Origin: Girardia tigrina
Lineage: Eukaryota
Assembly: GCA_001938485.1 (NCBI GenBank)
Contig: MQRK01172106.1
Coordinates: 1-58,570 of the forward strand
Length of the DNA: 58,570 nucleotides
Direction: 5' to 3'
Made by a program: the position numbers and the translations under genes. Under the pieces are notes generated by a model that worked only from the letters and a program-made list of their open reading frames with translations, did not search any database and had not been told where the DNA came from. Position 1 is the first letter of the stretch, and each line of letters opens with the position of its first letter. Shown here piece by piece: positions 37,976 to 50,400 of this stretch.

Positions 37976-40019
37976 ACAACTAATGTCGAATAAAATGATG
38001 TTCACGACTACATTTATCAAAAAAATTTCATTAAAAACAACAAAATGATTTATTTTGGTAATTAACGCTTAAAACGTAAATGTATCATTAAATATTACAA
38101 AACAAAGTGTACAATTTCATTTTTGTATTAAAGATTTCGGTTTGCTATAAAATTTTAAAATATCATGCAGTTAATAATTTCGACACGAAAATATGTTCTT
38201 AAAACAGATTAAAAATCATTAAATAATTCGAATTTTTTTAAATGAAAATGAAGAAGAATAAGAAGATTCTTTATACACTCTGAAATAAAATATGTAAAAA
38301 CCAGTGTTTTTGGATTTTAATCCATGAAAATACTTGAGAAACGATAAATAAATAGAACAATTATCGAATTTCCGTTGACAATTACGGTTACTTGTGGATT
38401 AAAAAATAAAAAAAAACAATTAATAAATTATTTCTAAAAGATCACCACTTTCAAAATCGAAAGAAAGAAATGCCAGAGAAAGCCAACAATAAATAAATAA
38501 ACTAATAAAAAACGAAAGCCGAGAAAATGTTTCAATTCAAATACTAAAAATTTGTTTTTTAAGTTTTTAATTAAAGTAGAAAATTGGCAATAATTTATAG
38601 AAAGTTCCACAATTATGTGAAAAATTCTTTTAAAATTCTACATTAACAAGTTTTATGATTAGGAAATTTAGAAAAAAGAACCAAAGTTATAGAAATAAAG
38701 TGACCTACTGTATTGAATTTAAACGAAAATTTAATATTTAAAAAAATTTTTGAATGCTTTAAATTTAACCTGACAAATATACCCTAATATTAATATATTT
38801 ATATTATTAATTATAATCAAGTAATTTTTAAAATTATTTAAATTTTTATTATTTAAAACTAATTTCATTAATATTCTAGTTGCAATTTGAAGTATTTTTT
38901 GAATTATTAATAATATAATTATAATATCAACATATAGATAATTAAAAAATAGAAAAAAATAATAATTTATTAATTGTACAAACAAAAAAAATCACGTATA
39001 AATTTACAAACAAAATTAAAAATTATTAATTCATTGAAACGTAATAATTTATTGCAATAATATTTTAATTTATTGAGAAATTTTTTGTATTCTTTTATTT
39101 TTTCATTTTTAATTTAAATAATAATTTAGATAATGCCTCATTTATATAAATAATTAAATCCCCATGATAATTTACTCTTTAATAATATTTTTTGTTGTTA
39201 CGAATTTATTTCTTAATTCATGATTTTAAAACAACAACAGTCAAAAATATCACAAAAACAATAATTTATTAAATTCGTAATTAATAATAAAATTAACGCA
39301 TAATGTAATTAATAATTTTTATTGAATAACTATCGCGCAAATGTCGGTGCACTATTTAGAACAGATATTCTTATTTTTGAATTAATAATTTCTTTTAAAT
39401 TTAAGCGATTTAATTTGCAATGTTCGATACAATGCGAAAAAATATGTATATGAAATTGTTGAATCTTTAACATTCTTTTAAGGAAATATGATGTTTATAT
39501 GTTTGATAACAAATAACAAATGTTAAATAAATCACTTAATACAATTATCACTTTTTATCGGCTATCTTTAGAATATTATTAAGTTGTCAAGTATAAAATT
39601 TGTAGGCACCATTATAATAAATTCAAATTGTTATAATTTCACATTGGCTTAAAATTTTGTTGCTCAGTTTTTTTTGTTTGATTGCTACATATATTGACTA
39701 TTGAACACATCAATAAAAATTAATTTAAATTTTTGATAACTTGTTTTAATAATGAGTATTTTAAAAATGGAAAAGACAGAAATTCGAACTATTATGAAGT
39801 ACGAGTTCCTATGTGGAACCTCAGCATCAAAAACTATGCGAAACATTATTTGTGTATTCTGATACAGTGCTACTACGCAGCAGACAGTCTCAAATTCGTT
39901 CAAGATATTCGTGAAAGGTAATTTTAATCTCAATAAGGAGTCTTGGAGTCGCCAAGGAATTCCGGTAGACAATGACGGACTAAAGTTAACCGTGGAATCG
40001 GATATATCACAAAGGGCTA

Positions 40020-40490
40020 ATAATTTATCGCTTATGTTTGTTGTTACAAAGTAAACAATACTGAATCACTTGACTCAAATTGGTAAAATGAAAAATTTGG
40101 ATAAGTGGATTCCACATGAGTTGAATGAAAAGCAAAAACAAAAACGTTTGGATACTTGCTTGATAGATATAAATATGTGATAAAATGTCGACCCAATATG
40201 ATAATCGTAAACGTTGAGCAAGCTGGGTGCGCACGAATGAAGAACCAAAACACAGTCCAAAACACAATACGAAATAAATTCAATTCCGAGGATGATGAAA
40301 ATGGTTTTCCAAGAAATTATAGATTCTTGCCCAACATATTTTAATTCAAATGGCATCAACAAGCTGCTACTGAAATGGCAAAAGTGTGTCGATAATATGG
40401 GTACATACTTTGATGAATGACATAAATATTTGTATTATATCAATAAACTTTAACTTTAGTTCTACAAATTTCATACTTGACGACCTAATA
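40020..40490 (+). mobile_element. Internally deleted mariner remnant
   Basis: HLTQIGKMKNLDKWIPHELNEKQKQKRL (WVPHEL motif); C-terminal KWQKCVDN..TYFDE*; TIR-like end TTGACGACCTAATA. Confidence 0.85.
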
Positions 40491-40770
40491 TTCTTAAAGC
40501 GGGCGCGTCCGTGCCAGGAGTCTCCTGATGGGGGCACTGAATGATATTTTTATTTTTTTTACAAAGTGCATTTAATTGTTTATTATGGTAAACTAAATAG
40601 CAAATTACCATCTGTATATTACCATACATATGTCGGTATTTCATTCTACGAATATTTACATTTGTTTAGGGTGCGGTGAGAATTCTTTTTCCTTCAGAAG
40701 CGAGTGGCAATTGTATAGCGGATGGAAATGTTTTCGAATATAAGCACTCTAAACTGACGACTTAGGCTAC

Positions 40771-41155
40771 TTTTTACAAGCTTTTATTACGTTTCATTTG
40801 TTTGTTTGTCTGTCTGCATCAAATCTTGCGATAGAAAATTCACCCACTTTCCGTTTACATAGCGACATGAAACTTTCAGGACTGATGTATTCTAGGTGAC
40901 AATACACTTTTTCACTGTCACTGCTCATCTACCGCCTTTAGTTTGGCCGCGAAAAGTAATTAAAGTGTCGTTTTCATGTTTTCCTCAGTAGTAGGCTTTG
41001 AAATTTACTACATCTAAATGCAAATAGAAAGCGGGTTTTCGCCTAGTAGGCTTTGATAATTCGGTCTAAAAATTTGGGAAGTGGGTGAAATAGATACATA
41101 ACCGCAAACATATGACAAATTATAAAAGCTTGTACACCAAAAAATTTTTTGGTAT
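40771..41155. mobile_element. Helentron-associated (HINE/DINE-1-like) element
   Basis: Subterminal inverted repeats TACAAGCTTTTAT (~40775) and ATAAAAGCTTGTA (41122); TTTG/TCTG microsatellite near the left end; short ACCAAAAAA/TTTTTTGGT stem-loop at the right end. Confidence 0.7.
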
Positions 41156-43147
41156 GATTATTTATTTCATCGACGTGTTACAATATTATTTATACAACGT
41201 TTAACCCCAAATAAAATCGTTTATAAATTCCCCAAAAATTAATAGAACGATCACAGACTCCTCATATGAACAACATTATTGTAACTGTGGACTTGAGTGC
41301 TCGTTATATCCCGATCAGTTCCCATCGAATTAGAATTTATAAAATTTGGTATTCAATAGAAATCGTTTCCATCCACAAAATATCTAGAAACAGACGGCAG
41401 CAATTCAAAATGTGTTAGAAAAGTATTTATTCAAGATTCATTAATTTTATTACCGCCAACAAATATTTGAAGAGCTTTCTAGATTGTTTTAAAATTAATT
41501 ACAGCAATAATTCATTTCATCTTACGCTACAAGAAATTCTGTTTCATAATTTTTGAAATATTTTAATTTTAATGAAACTTAAACAGCAAATTTAGTTGAT
41601 GAAAATTGAAAAAAAAAATTAATGTATGTGATAAATTTTTGCATAAAAGTTTTTCTCTTGCAAGTTTCAAATAAAAATTAAAAAAAAAATTCTCGACAGA
41701 ATCAGTTGAATTTTTAATTTTAAATAAAATCCTTTTGTTCTTTGTTCATCGGGCGGTGACTTTTATTCTTTATAATTTTGCCCACAGAGCTCTATTGGGT
41801 ATTTGAACACTTTTTGAACAAAACAGCATATAAAATCAGAGGGTGGTCGGATAGTATTTTCTTTCTCTGAGTTTAATTTTTCCCTATTTTTTTAATTGAA
41901 TCATGATATTAAAACCAGAGTCCGACGCTGGCCTCTCTACGGCGTCGGTGTCTGATTACAACATACCAACATTTACGTTACTAGAGGCTGCGCGACTGAC
42001 AGTGAAATGAAAAATAGGCTAAACTACTTACAGACACTAAGAAATTACTTGGCTGTTAAATTCACAAATTGCAATATGGGTCTGGTAATCTCTTCGGACC
42101 CCGGATTACTAAAGTTTGACTGCCTATGGCCATCAAGTCTGCCTAATCTAGGACTTGATATTCGATAAGGGAATATTCGATTATTAGTGACAATTATTTA
42201 AAGATATTATATTTTATATATACATGAATTATAAAAATCATTTTACAACTAGAAAGGCATACAGTTACTATAAAAAAATCCGTTGTTAATTAATATTTAT
42301 TTAATTGCAGATCGAGAATCAGTGATCTAAGTAAATAAAGAAACACGATATTTTTTTAATAATAAGTTACTGTTAAATTTTCGAAATCGATAATTTTAGA
42401 AAAGTTTCATTCACATAAAATTTACTAAAGAACAAATTAGAAACGACAAATTATTTTAATCATTAATTATTAAACATAATCTGGCGCATTCTTCATTCTT
42501 CTTTGGACATCGCTCCTTAATTCTTTTGTCATATCTTTCGGGGTTCCATGACAATTACGTAAAAAAATTATAACTTAAAAAAGATTATTTTATATCATGA
42601 AATAAACCGTAACCCTTAACCCTTACAGATTGAAGACAATAGATACAATATTGAGAGAGGGACCAACTCAAGTATCTGAGGAGATAGGCAAATAATTTAA
42701 TCAATAATTTTCAATAAATGATTAATGAATCTTTTTATTTCTTTTGATTTTTAGCTTATTTTAAAAATATAATTAAAATTTTTAATTAAACAGAATTTGA
42801 GAAATATTTGAAATGATAGATGTCATCATTTCATTCAAAATCATCAACAATTTAATATTAATAATTTAATAATCTCTACACAATTTTTATGTACGCCATT
42901 GTCTGGTCACAATCTTTCGAATATTAATATAAATGAATAATGGTTAACTTGTCTTCGAAGATTGTCTCCATTGGTGAATATATCCATGAATATTTTAGAT
43001 ATGACAACAAATTAAATAAAATGAGAAATCAAAGAATATGTATTAAATAATGTGTGATGTATTTTGTGTTAGAAAGTTAAGAAAAAGTTGCAGAAATCAT
43101 TTGATAGGTCGAGTATAAATGAACGAGATGTCCGTGAATCCGTTTAA

Positions 43148-43378
43148 CCCTTAATAACCTAGAGTTTCAATTTTGATACCAATCTTTTAAACTGAATGTT
43201 CACATTACTATTAGTTTTTTTATAGGTTGGCTGTACGTATTTTACTGTTGTATAATATTCTTTCCACGAAATTAAAAAAAATCAAATGTCATTATTGTTT
43301 TATTTTCTTTATTGTTTTATTCAAGCAAACACAGTAATATTAAAAATAAATCACTTTCGTAAATCAGGCTACTAAGGG
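43148..43378. mobile_element. piggyBac-like MITE
   Basis: TTAA-CCCTTAATAACCT...AGGCTACTAAGGG-TTAA: TIRs with a TTAA target-site duplication. Confidence 0.7.
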
Positions 43379-43639
43379 TTAATACAAAGATAGAGTTGAA
43401 AACCCGAAAACTTCAATCGCCAGAGAAAACTTGGATAAAATTAAGAACAAATTATTGATAATCTTTGAATTAAATAAAACTGAGGTTGATGAAATGTCTG
43501 TAATTTGTATTATTTATGCGAAGAAATTTTAAGAATTATTTTGAACATGAGGCGAGTAAAATTTGTAAATTGTTAACAAAAATGCATTGTAAAACACTCA
43601 GGAAATAATAGATAATGCAGCCAATGACTCAACATTTTT

Positions 43640-44080
43640 CCAGTGAATCATAACGGGTGACGCGACAATGCTGTACGGTGATAACATCGACATAAAAATT
43701 CAATCGAGTTGAAAGCTTTAAAATGAATCAAGACCCAAAGTGTTTTTCCGATTATCTTGGTACTGTGTACCATGTTTCTATAGTTAACAAGGAATACTTT
43801 TTGAAATTTGAGCGTCATCTGCGTGAAGCAATTCAAAGACAATGATTATGAGACTGAAAGAAAACATTTTAGAGCTTTTTTTGTTAAAAAATAACACGGT
43901 AATTAGATCCCAATCACCATAGTCATTGGATCCTATGTGATTTTTCTCATTTTTTATTGACCATATAAGAAATAGAAATAAATTTATGCGATGAGTTGAA
44001 AGATCTGAGATTCATTAGTGTTTTGAAGACTGGAATAAAGAGTTGAATATATTCAATGGAGACTATCTGTAAGACTCAAA
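43640..44080 (+). mobile_element. Decayed mariner remnant
   Basis: IITGD, RHLREAI and a degenerate PPYS..D...CDF motif in broken frames. Confidence 0.55.
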
Positions 44081-44604
44081 AATTACAAATTTTATACATT
44101 TAATAGTAAGTGATTTCTATTGAAGACTAAGGCTTAATGTATGTCGTTAAAATTAAAATAATTTTATCGTCCATTTATTTATTTTTTAACCCATTATCCA
44201 AAATAATCGTGAGGTGATTCATTTCAAAATAGAGCGATTTTACCGACATTTTAATGACTTAAGTACTTGGAAAAGGTTGTAAATGCCATTGCACCGTTAT
44301 TGATTCAAACAATCATAAAATATTTCAGAATAATAATTTATATTTTGCGGTATAATTTAAGAAAACGTTACATCTCGAAAATGGGCCATTAGTCGGTATT
44401 GAGTGAATTCAAGTAGAAAATCTTAACATACATTTAGATACAAATGAAGTTATCAAAAAAATAATAAAAATTTCTAAGACCAAAAATATAAGAAAATAAA
44501 AAATCAACTCAAATCAAACCAACTTTAATAGGAACAATAGTTGTTACTATGATGTCCTAAAACGTGTTTGAAACTTTGTTACCAAAATATAATAATAACC
44601 AAAG

Positions 44605-44652
44605 TCATCCATTTAAATATTTCGACGGATCTACCGTCATCTTCAGGTCACT
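44605..44652 (-). ncRNA. Minimal hammerhead ribozyme, Penelope pLTR type
   Basis: Minus strand CTGAAGA-TGACGG-TAGAT-CCGTC-GAAA-TATTTA; core and stem II intact, stem I pairing not obvious; ~70 bp downstream of the GIY-YIG stop. Confidence 0.7.
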
Positions 44653-44719
44653 AATTAATAATTAATTCACCTGTATACAAATATAATGATGATTATGTAA
44701 TCGATTGCATGAAATCATG

Positions 44720-45290
44720 CTAATCAAAAATTCTCAATAAGCTGGTTGAGACTGCCGATTGAACATTGATTTTAGGGCAACGTGACCTAATTAACAATGC
44801 TTCACACGACACTCTCTCCCAATAACTATCAAAATGCTTACACAGAATTTTGAAATTATCAAAATTAACATCACATTTACATTTTATCTTATGTTCTGCA
44901 ATATTACTCTTACTCTCTTTTCGACCATGTTCTTGAATTCGTTTACAGAGATGACGGGCTGTCTCTCCAATGTATGTGGCGTCGCACCCATTACATTTAT
45001 ATTCATAAATAATATCAGAACAAAGTGTTAAAGGTGTAATAGATTTATTACTAAACATATTTTGAATTTTATGAGATCGTGATATAATTTTTAAATTTAA
45101 TTCAATGTTAGTTTCTTTTAACAATGCATTTGTAAAGTTTTTAAATCCTTCATAATAAGGTACAATTAAACAATATTTAGGCATATTATTCATATCTAAT
45201 GATCCTTCGATTTCTTTATTAGATCCATCAGGAGAAGCCAAACTCTGATTTGTCGAAAAATCTTTCAAAAGTATTTTATCTACTGTTTCC
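44720..45290 (-). mobile_element. Penelope-like element, GIY-YIG endonuclease region (5'-truncated)
   Basis: IIYEYKCNGCDATYIGETARHLCKRIQEH...SNIAEH...EALLI...PKIN is the canonical PLE GIY-YIG with CxxC. Confidence 0.92.
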
Positions 45291-45454
45291 TTTATTAATT
45301 TTTCTAGAAATGGATGAAATTAATTTTTTAAATGAATGACTTTGGTTATTAAAAGATTTTCATCCGGACGTCGTTTTATCAAAATATAATAAATTGTCAA
45401 ATATGAAATAGAACAAAATTTTATTAAAATAAAACTCGATTTCTTTTAAAATTA

Positions 45455-46212
45455 TAGGTTTATTTATTTGAAGCAAAGTATGAACCGATATTATTTACGC
45501 ATTTTGTCATTACAACAATACCTCATTTATCCCTTTGTTGAAGAAATCTGCTTCCAGGAGTTAATGAACTACCAAAAGGCCGTTTTCATAGCCTTTGTGG
45601 ATTGAAATTTCTTTCTTGACAAGACGTTGTCCAGGTTTTCAAAGATTTGGATACAAGATTTAATGAATATAGTGAGTGACTGAAAATTTTTAACTTTGAC
45701 TGGTTTACCTTTGCCGTGGTCATTTGTATAGTGTGAGGTACAGCGTTATCATGTAAGAGAATTTAAATCGATTGATTGACCACTCTCGGTTGTTTAATTA
45801 CAGTATTTCTCATCCTACCATGCATTTTCTTCTAGTAGACATCCGCCACGATCGATGTTCCGAGTTTCAAGAATTGTGGTGGTTGACGCACGAGCTAAAC
45901 TGCCAAACAGTCACCACCAGTTTTTTCCTGGTGGACGTCTTATTTGGATGTGTTTTGAGAAATGATTCAGTTTTGTTTCGAAATAGAAGTGATATCGAGT
46001 GGATTCCATCTGCTCAGCCCTTAAACCTTGTTAATATGCGCCAAATTAGTCAGAATAGTTTGCTAAGATACACCAATAATCAGTGCTAGTTAATGAGGAC
46101 TATGATGGGGTTCGACTTCTAAGGCGATTTTTTCATTTGAGTTTCAGTTTGATTACTTAAATCATTGGATAAATCGAAATTAGCAGAAAAAAATCTTTTG
46201 AACCAATTAACT
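45455..46212 (-). mobile_element. Decayed mariner-like element
   Basis: TIR-like TTAATTGGTTCAAAAGATTT at ~46210 (minus); C-terminal ADFFNKGI-like segment near 45530; many stops. Confidence 0.5.
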
Positions 46213-46878
46213 ACCATTGTATTCGTAGCTACATAGGTCTGAAACACAGTTGATATTATCGACTGTCTGTCGTGTTTTGAATCTTAGGTGGGACTCATGT
46301 CTCATTAATACACTAGAATGATTTTGTTAAAATGTCTCTTGAAATATTAATATCTAATGTTAAAATTAATTTTAATATTGATTCTGAAAGAGGAAAGATG
46401 TACCTTTTAAACAACACGTTTATACCAAAGTGATATTATACGCGACTGTATCAAATATATGAGTTTTCTCCATTTCTTATTTGACGACCCAATATTACTT
46501 GTCTCTTTAACCAAAAAAAGAAAGCAAATTTAACTCTTAGAATATTTTCCAGTAATAATATTTAGCAAAATAGAAAATCGGTAACTAATCTTTTTGCCGA
46601 CTTGAGATTCCAAAAATAATCTGTCAATGTCATTACTGATAATTAAAATATTGAATGATTCCGAACATTATTTTTTTATCAAATTTATTTATTTATACAA
46701 TTTTTCAAAATAAAAAAAAATTATTAGAAATTTTCTTTTTGACTTTAACGACATCTGTATGGCTTTTATTATGTTAAATGACTAATTATGTTTGTTGTAA
46801 AATTTTAATCTTTCGAAAAAAATGTTTTAAAATCTAAATGAAAAACAATTTCCTAGACAGAAAAACAAAAAAAATTAC

Positions 46879-47148
46879 CTGGAACAGGAACCAAACTATT
46901 ATGCTTTGCTGACCAGAGATATCCAGGAATGGGAGAAATAGTTGTACTTGCGTTACTAATTGGGACATTAATTGGACAGCTTGCGTAGCTACAAGTACCG
47001 TCATCACCGCCGATGTCTGGCTGTAGATAATATGTACTATTCGATGCAGTTGGGGATATCGGAGCGGGAGGTGGAGGAAATTCTGGTGGTGGTGGAATCA
47101 CATGTCCAAAATTCAGCATTATTCCTTGTCCATTTTTGTCTAATTTAT
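46879..47148 (-). CDS. Internal coding exon of host gene (Pro-rich; Robo CC2-like/EVH1-ligand motif)
   Basis: TTTTTTCTAG acceptor (47149) and CAG|GTAATT donor (46878); phase 1 matches the exon at 31207 across a 15.7-kb intron; encodes KLDKNGQGIMLNFGHVIPPPPEFPPPPAP...LVPVPG. Confidence 0.8.
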
Positions 47149-47314
47149 CTAGAAAAAAGACTTATGTTATTTCAATTCACTTTTATTTAAAAGAAAAATT
47201 TAAAACTTAATCAAAAAGTTACATTTTAAAAAAAATGAAACTATTCCAAATTTTAAAAATCAAATCAAAAAGAAAATAAAATGAATTTTTTCCATATTCT
47301 ATATTAGCTTGCTT

Positions 47315-47317
<3 letters not shown>

Positions 47318-47352
<35 letters not shown>
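47318..47352. repeat. (TA)n(TG)n microsatellite
   Basis: Direct observation. Confidence 0.9.
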
Positions 47353-47354
<2 letters not shown>

Positions 47355-47359
47355 TCCTT

Positions 47360-47490
47360 GGAATCTAGAAACCTGTTTTTCAAGGCTTTTTACTCAATCA
47401 ATTTTCTCCAAACTTTGCACATTTACTAATTTACGATGACAATAAATGATAAGGTGAAAATTTGATCAAACTAGTAAATCAAAAACTTTT
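47360..47490. repeat. Repeat with inverted copy at ~52640-52782; 47905-47975 is also a direct copy of 52611-52680
   Basis: AAGGCTTTTTACTCAATCAATTTTCTCCAAACTTTGCA versus TGCAAAGTTTTGAGAAAATTGATTCAGTAAAAAGCCTT. Confidence 0.75.
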
Positions 47491-50400
47491 TTTTGTAAAA
47501 AACGTTTTACGATTATCCACAAATGTTTAAATTGTATTATATAGACATGTTTTGACTTTTTTCCTTCCATGCTTTATAATAAATTTATTATGTTATTTGT
47601 AACTATTTAATTGCAAAATTGAGTTGTAAATTTTTTGTACGAAATTCTCCCTTCTGCAATAGATTTAAATACTTCGTATATTTGCACAGCATATTTCGAA
47701 GACAGATTTATCGAACATACAGATATATCGTTATTGTATCGACTAAATATCAGTGCTTAGGTAATGGAAAGGGATAATATGGCTATATCGAACTACGGCT
47801 ATACCGAAGTTTTTTTTTCGATATATGCGGAGTCCACATCAATTATTAATAACATAGTTAATGTAATAACTTTCCCTTAGAATAAAAATAAAAAAATTAA
47901 TTATGTTGGCCAAATATAGTTCTGCCCGCATAAAGAATGGATATAAAAAAATTATTTTTGATTTAATAGTTTATCAAATACTTTTTGAATATATTTAAAA
48001 AAAAATTAATTTTAATTCTTTGAAAAAAAATAATTTGTGATATTATTTATGTAGAGACAGAAGCAAAATGAGTATCAAAATATGTCAAATAAATTTCAAC
48101 GAGTACATCAACAATATTTGATCAATATTTCATGATCATCATTTTCAATTTTCTGATTCCATTTAACATCAAAGCAATCCTAACGGCTATTAAAATATAA
48201 ATTCTATTTAATTTTCAATCATGCGATTTATACATGGATTAATAATTAATTATGAAATTCAGAGTAATTTGTTCTAGAAGCAAAATCTGTGATTCGATGC
48301 AGCGGTCATTTACTGGCAGTTCTAAAGGTGTGTCTCGTTGAAGAAGCATCTGCTCAACGAGTCAAAGATGGCATCGGTGGCAGCAATGGCAGAGACGGCA
48401 CACACACATACATATATTGCATCTGATGCGGCAGAATCCGATGCAATCTCACGAATCGCTCCTCTTTACTCAAAACTTGTAAAAGAAACACACGAATTCT
48501 ATTGATTCATCCGCCTTTCAAATTAATGCTTTTTTTCATAAAAATAACTAGATTTAATTAAATTATCCTTCTATAAATCTGTGATTTGTAGAGAACGACG
48601 TACAGTTTTACATCAATCCACTGATTGATACGCAAGACACCTCCGTCTTTCGGATTAGTTTATTTCTCATTTATGTCTTTAGAATTCAGATATATTTAAT
48701 AAAATGAATTTGGAAAAGAATTTTAATTATGCGATATATTAATGATTAATTTTCATAAATTTTACTGAAATAAACAAAATCTATTTGAATTTATATTTTT
48801 ATAGGCGTTTATATTTCTGTTGATCTTCTTCTCCCATCTCACACTTTTTGTCCGTGTAGTGCAAAACTTTGACCCTCAATTTGAACAACTCCCCATTAGG
48901 TTAGGATTCGAAATTCAAACCCCTTATCAAATGTTGTTCAATTAGAAAAAAGTTAGATAACAATCGAAAAAAATATATGAATAATGAAGATAGAAAATGC
49001 AAAGTGAGATCGCTTTCCATTTTAAAAAAGTTTAATTTTATTTTGTATGAGAAATGTTTGATGTTTTGTGTTCGATTGTTGTGCATTGATTTGGAATTGC
49101 GTCTCGCTACCAGGTTACTGATTACTATTTTGATTGTCTATTTTTTTATTTTAATTTTACAAAAATGGAATCTTTTCAATTTTTACTTTTTAACTATTCC
49201 TTATCCGGAACATAATCTTTTTCCATGAATGAAAGATCGACTACCGCTTACCTAGAAAAAACGCCTAGGTGTTGTGTTCGAATAGTACACATACTGAGCG
49301 CAGAATGCAAATAAAGCGCTCAGGGCGTAATATTCGAGAAAATCTCAAATGGTTATCAAAAAAAATTTGTAGAGTAAATCATAAAAAACAACTTTTTTTA
49401 CAATTAATTTTAATAAAAAAATATTTAATCAATTAAAAATTTGGTTCAAAAATGTGAAAATGTTTTCATTTTTTACAAATAATGATTTTTTTTGTTTATC
49501 TCGAATACAAAGTCTTGTATACAAAACTTTATGATTACTAGAATTTCTAACTTACATTTACTTAGAAAACATGATAAGAAGGTCTTTTAAATTTATTTGT
49601 TTCCTATTAATTATCAATTATAAGTACTTTACAGGTTTATGATAATTATAAAAAAACAATGGTGAAATTGGTACTAAATCTTTGATTATTTCAATTTTTC
49701 TCATATGATTTGAATAAATAGAAAATAAACAAAATCGCTTCAACAGAAAATCTGTCTATGAACCGAAGCTGATTCACAGGGTCTGATAAACAAAACAAGT
49801 GCGGATTGTATACGAATTAATACAGTGCCTATGCTATTTTGTAAACGAAAAATAAATAATGAGAAAAATTCATGTTTTTTGAGAAACTAGAATCTGAAAC
49901 GGTTAATCAAAGTTGCGTGAAATTAACAAATTTTTGAGTTAAGTTAAGAATAATGGCAACTTATTTACTTATTCCCCCCTACATGTGAAATAAAATTGTG
50001 TTCAGTTTCTTTTCTATTACTCTTTTTAAAATGATTTAACTTTTTATTACGTACTGACACATATAAATTGCTTTATTAAAATGCTTTTAAATATTAATAA
50101 ATTTAGATTTTTTTTGAAAATTTTTAAATTATTTTTTTATAATTGAAAATATTTGTAAATTTGTTATAAATAATTTTTTTAAATGTAAATAACCTTTTTG
50201 AGTTTTGTAAATTATCAAAAAAAACCAATTTAAAAAAAATTATTATATTTTTTAGTATTTAGTCTCTGTGCCGCTAAGTTACATTGGGATTTGACTTCTA
50301 TATAGAACTTACTTGATCGGTGAAGCAGGCATATTTAATGGTTTTTACACTATTTTTTAAAATATTTTTTTGATGAAAAAAATGTAATATCAATTAAAAA

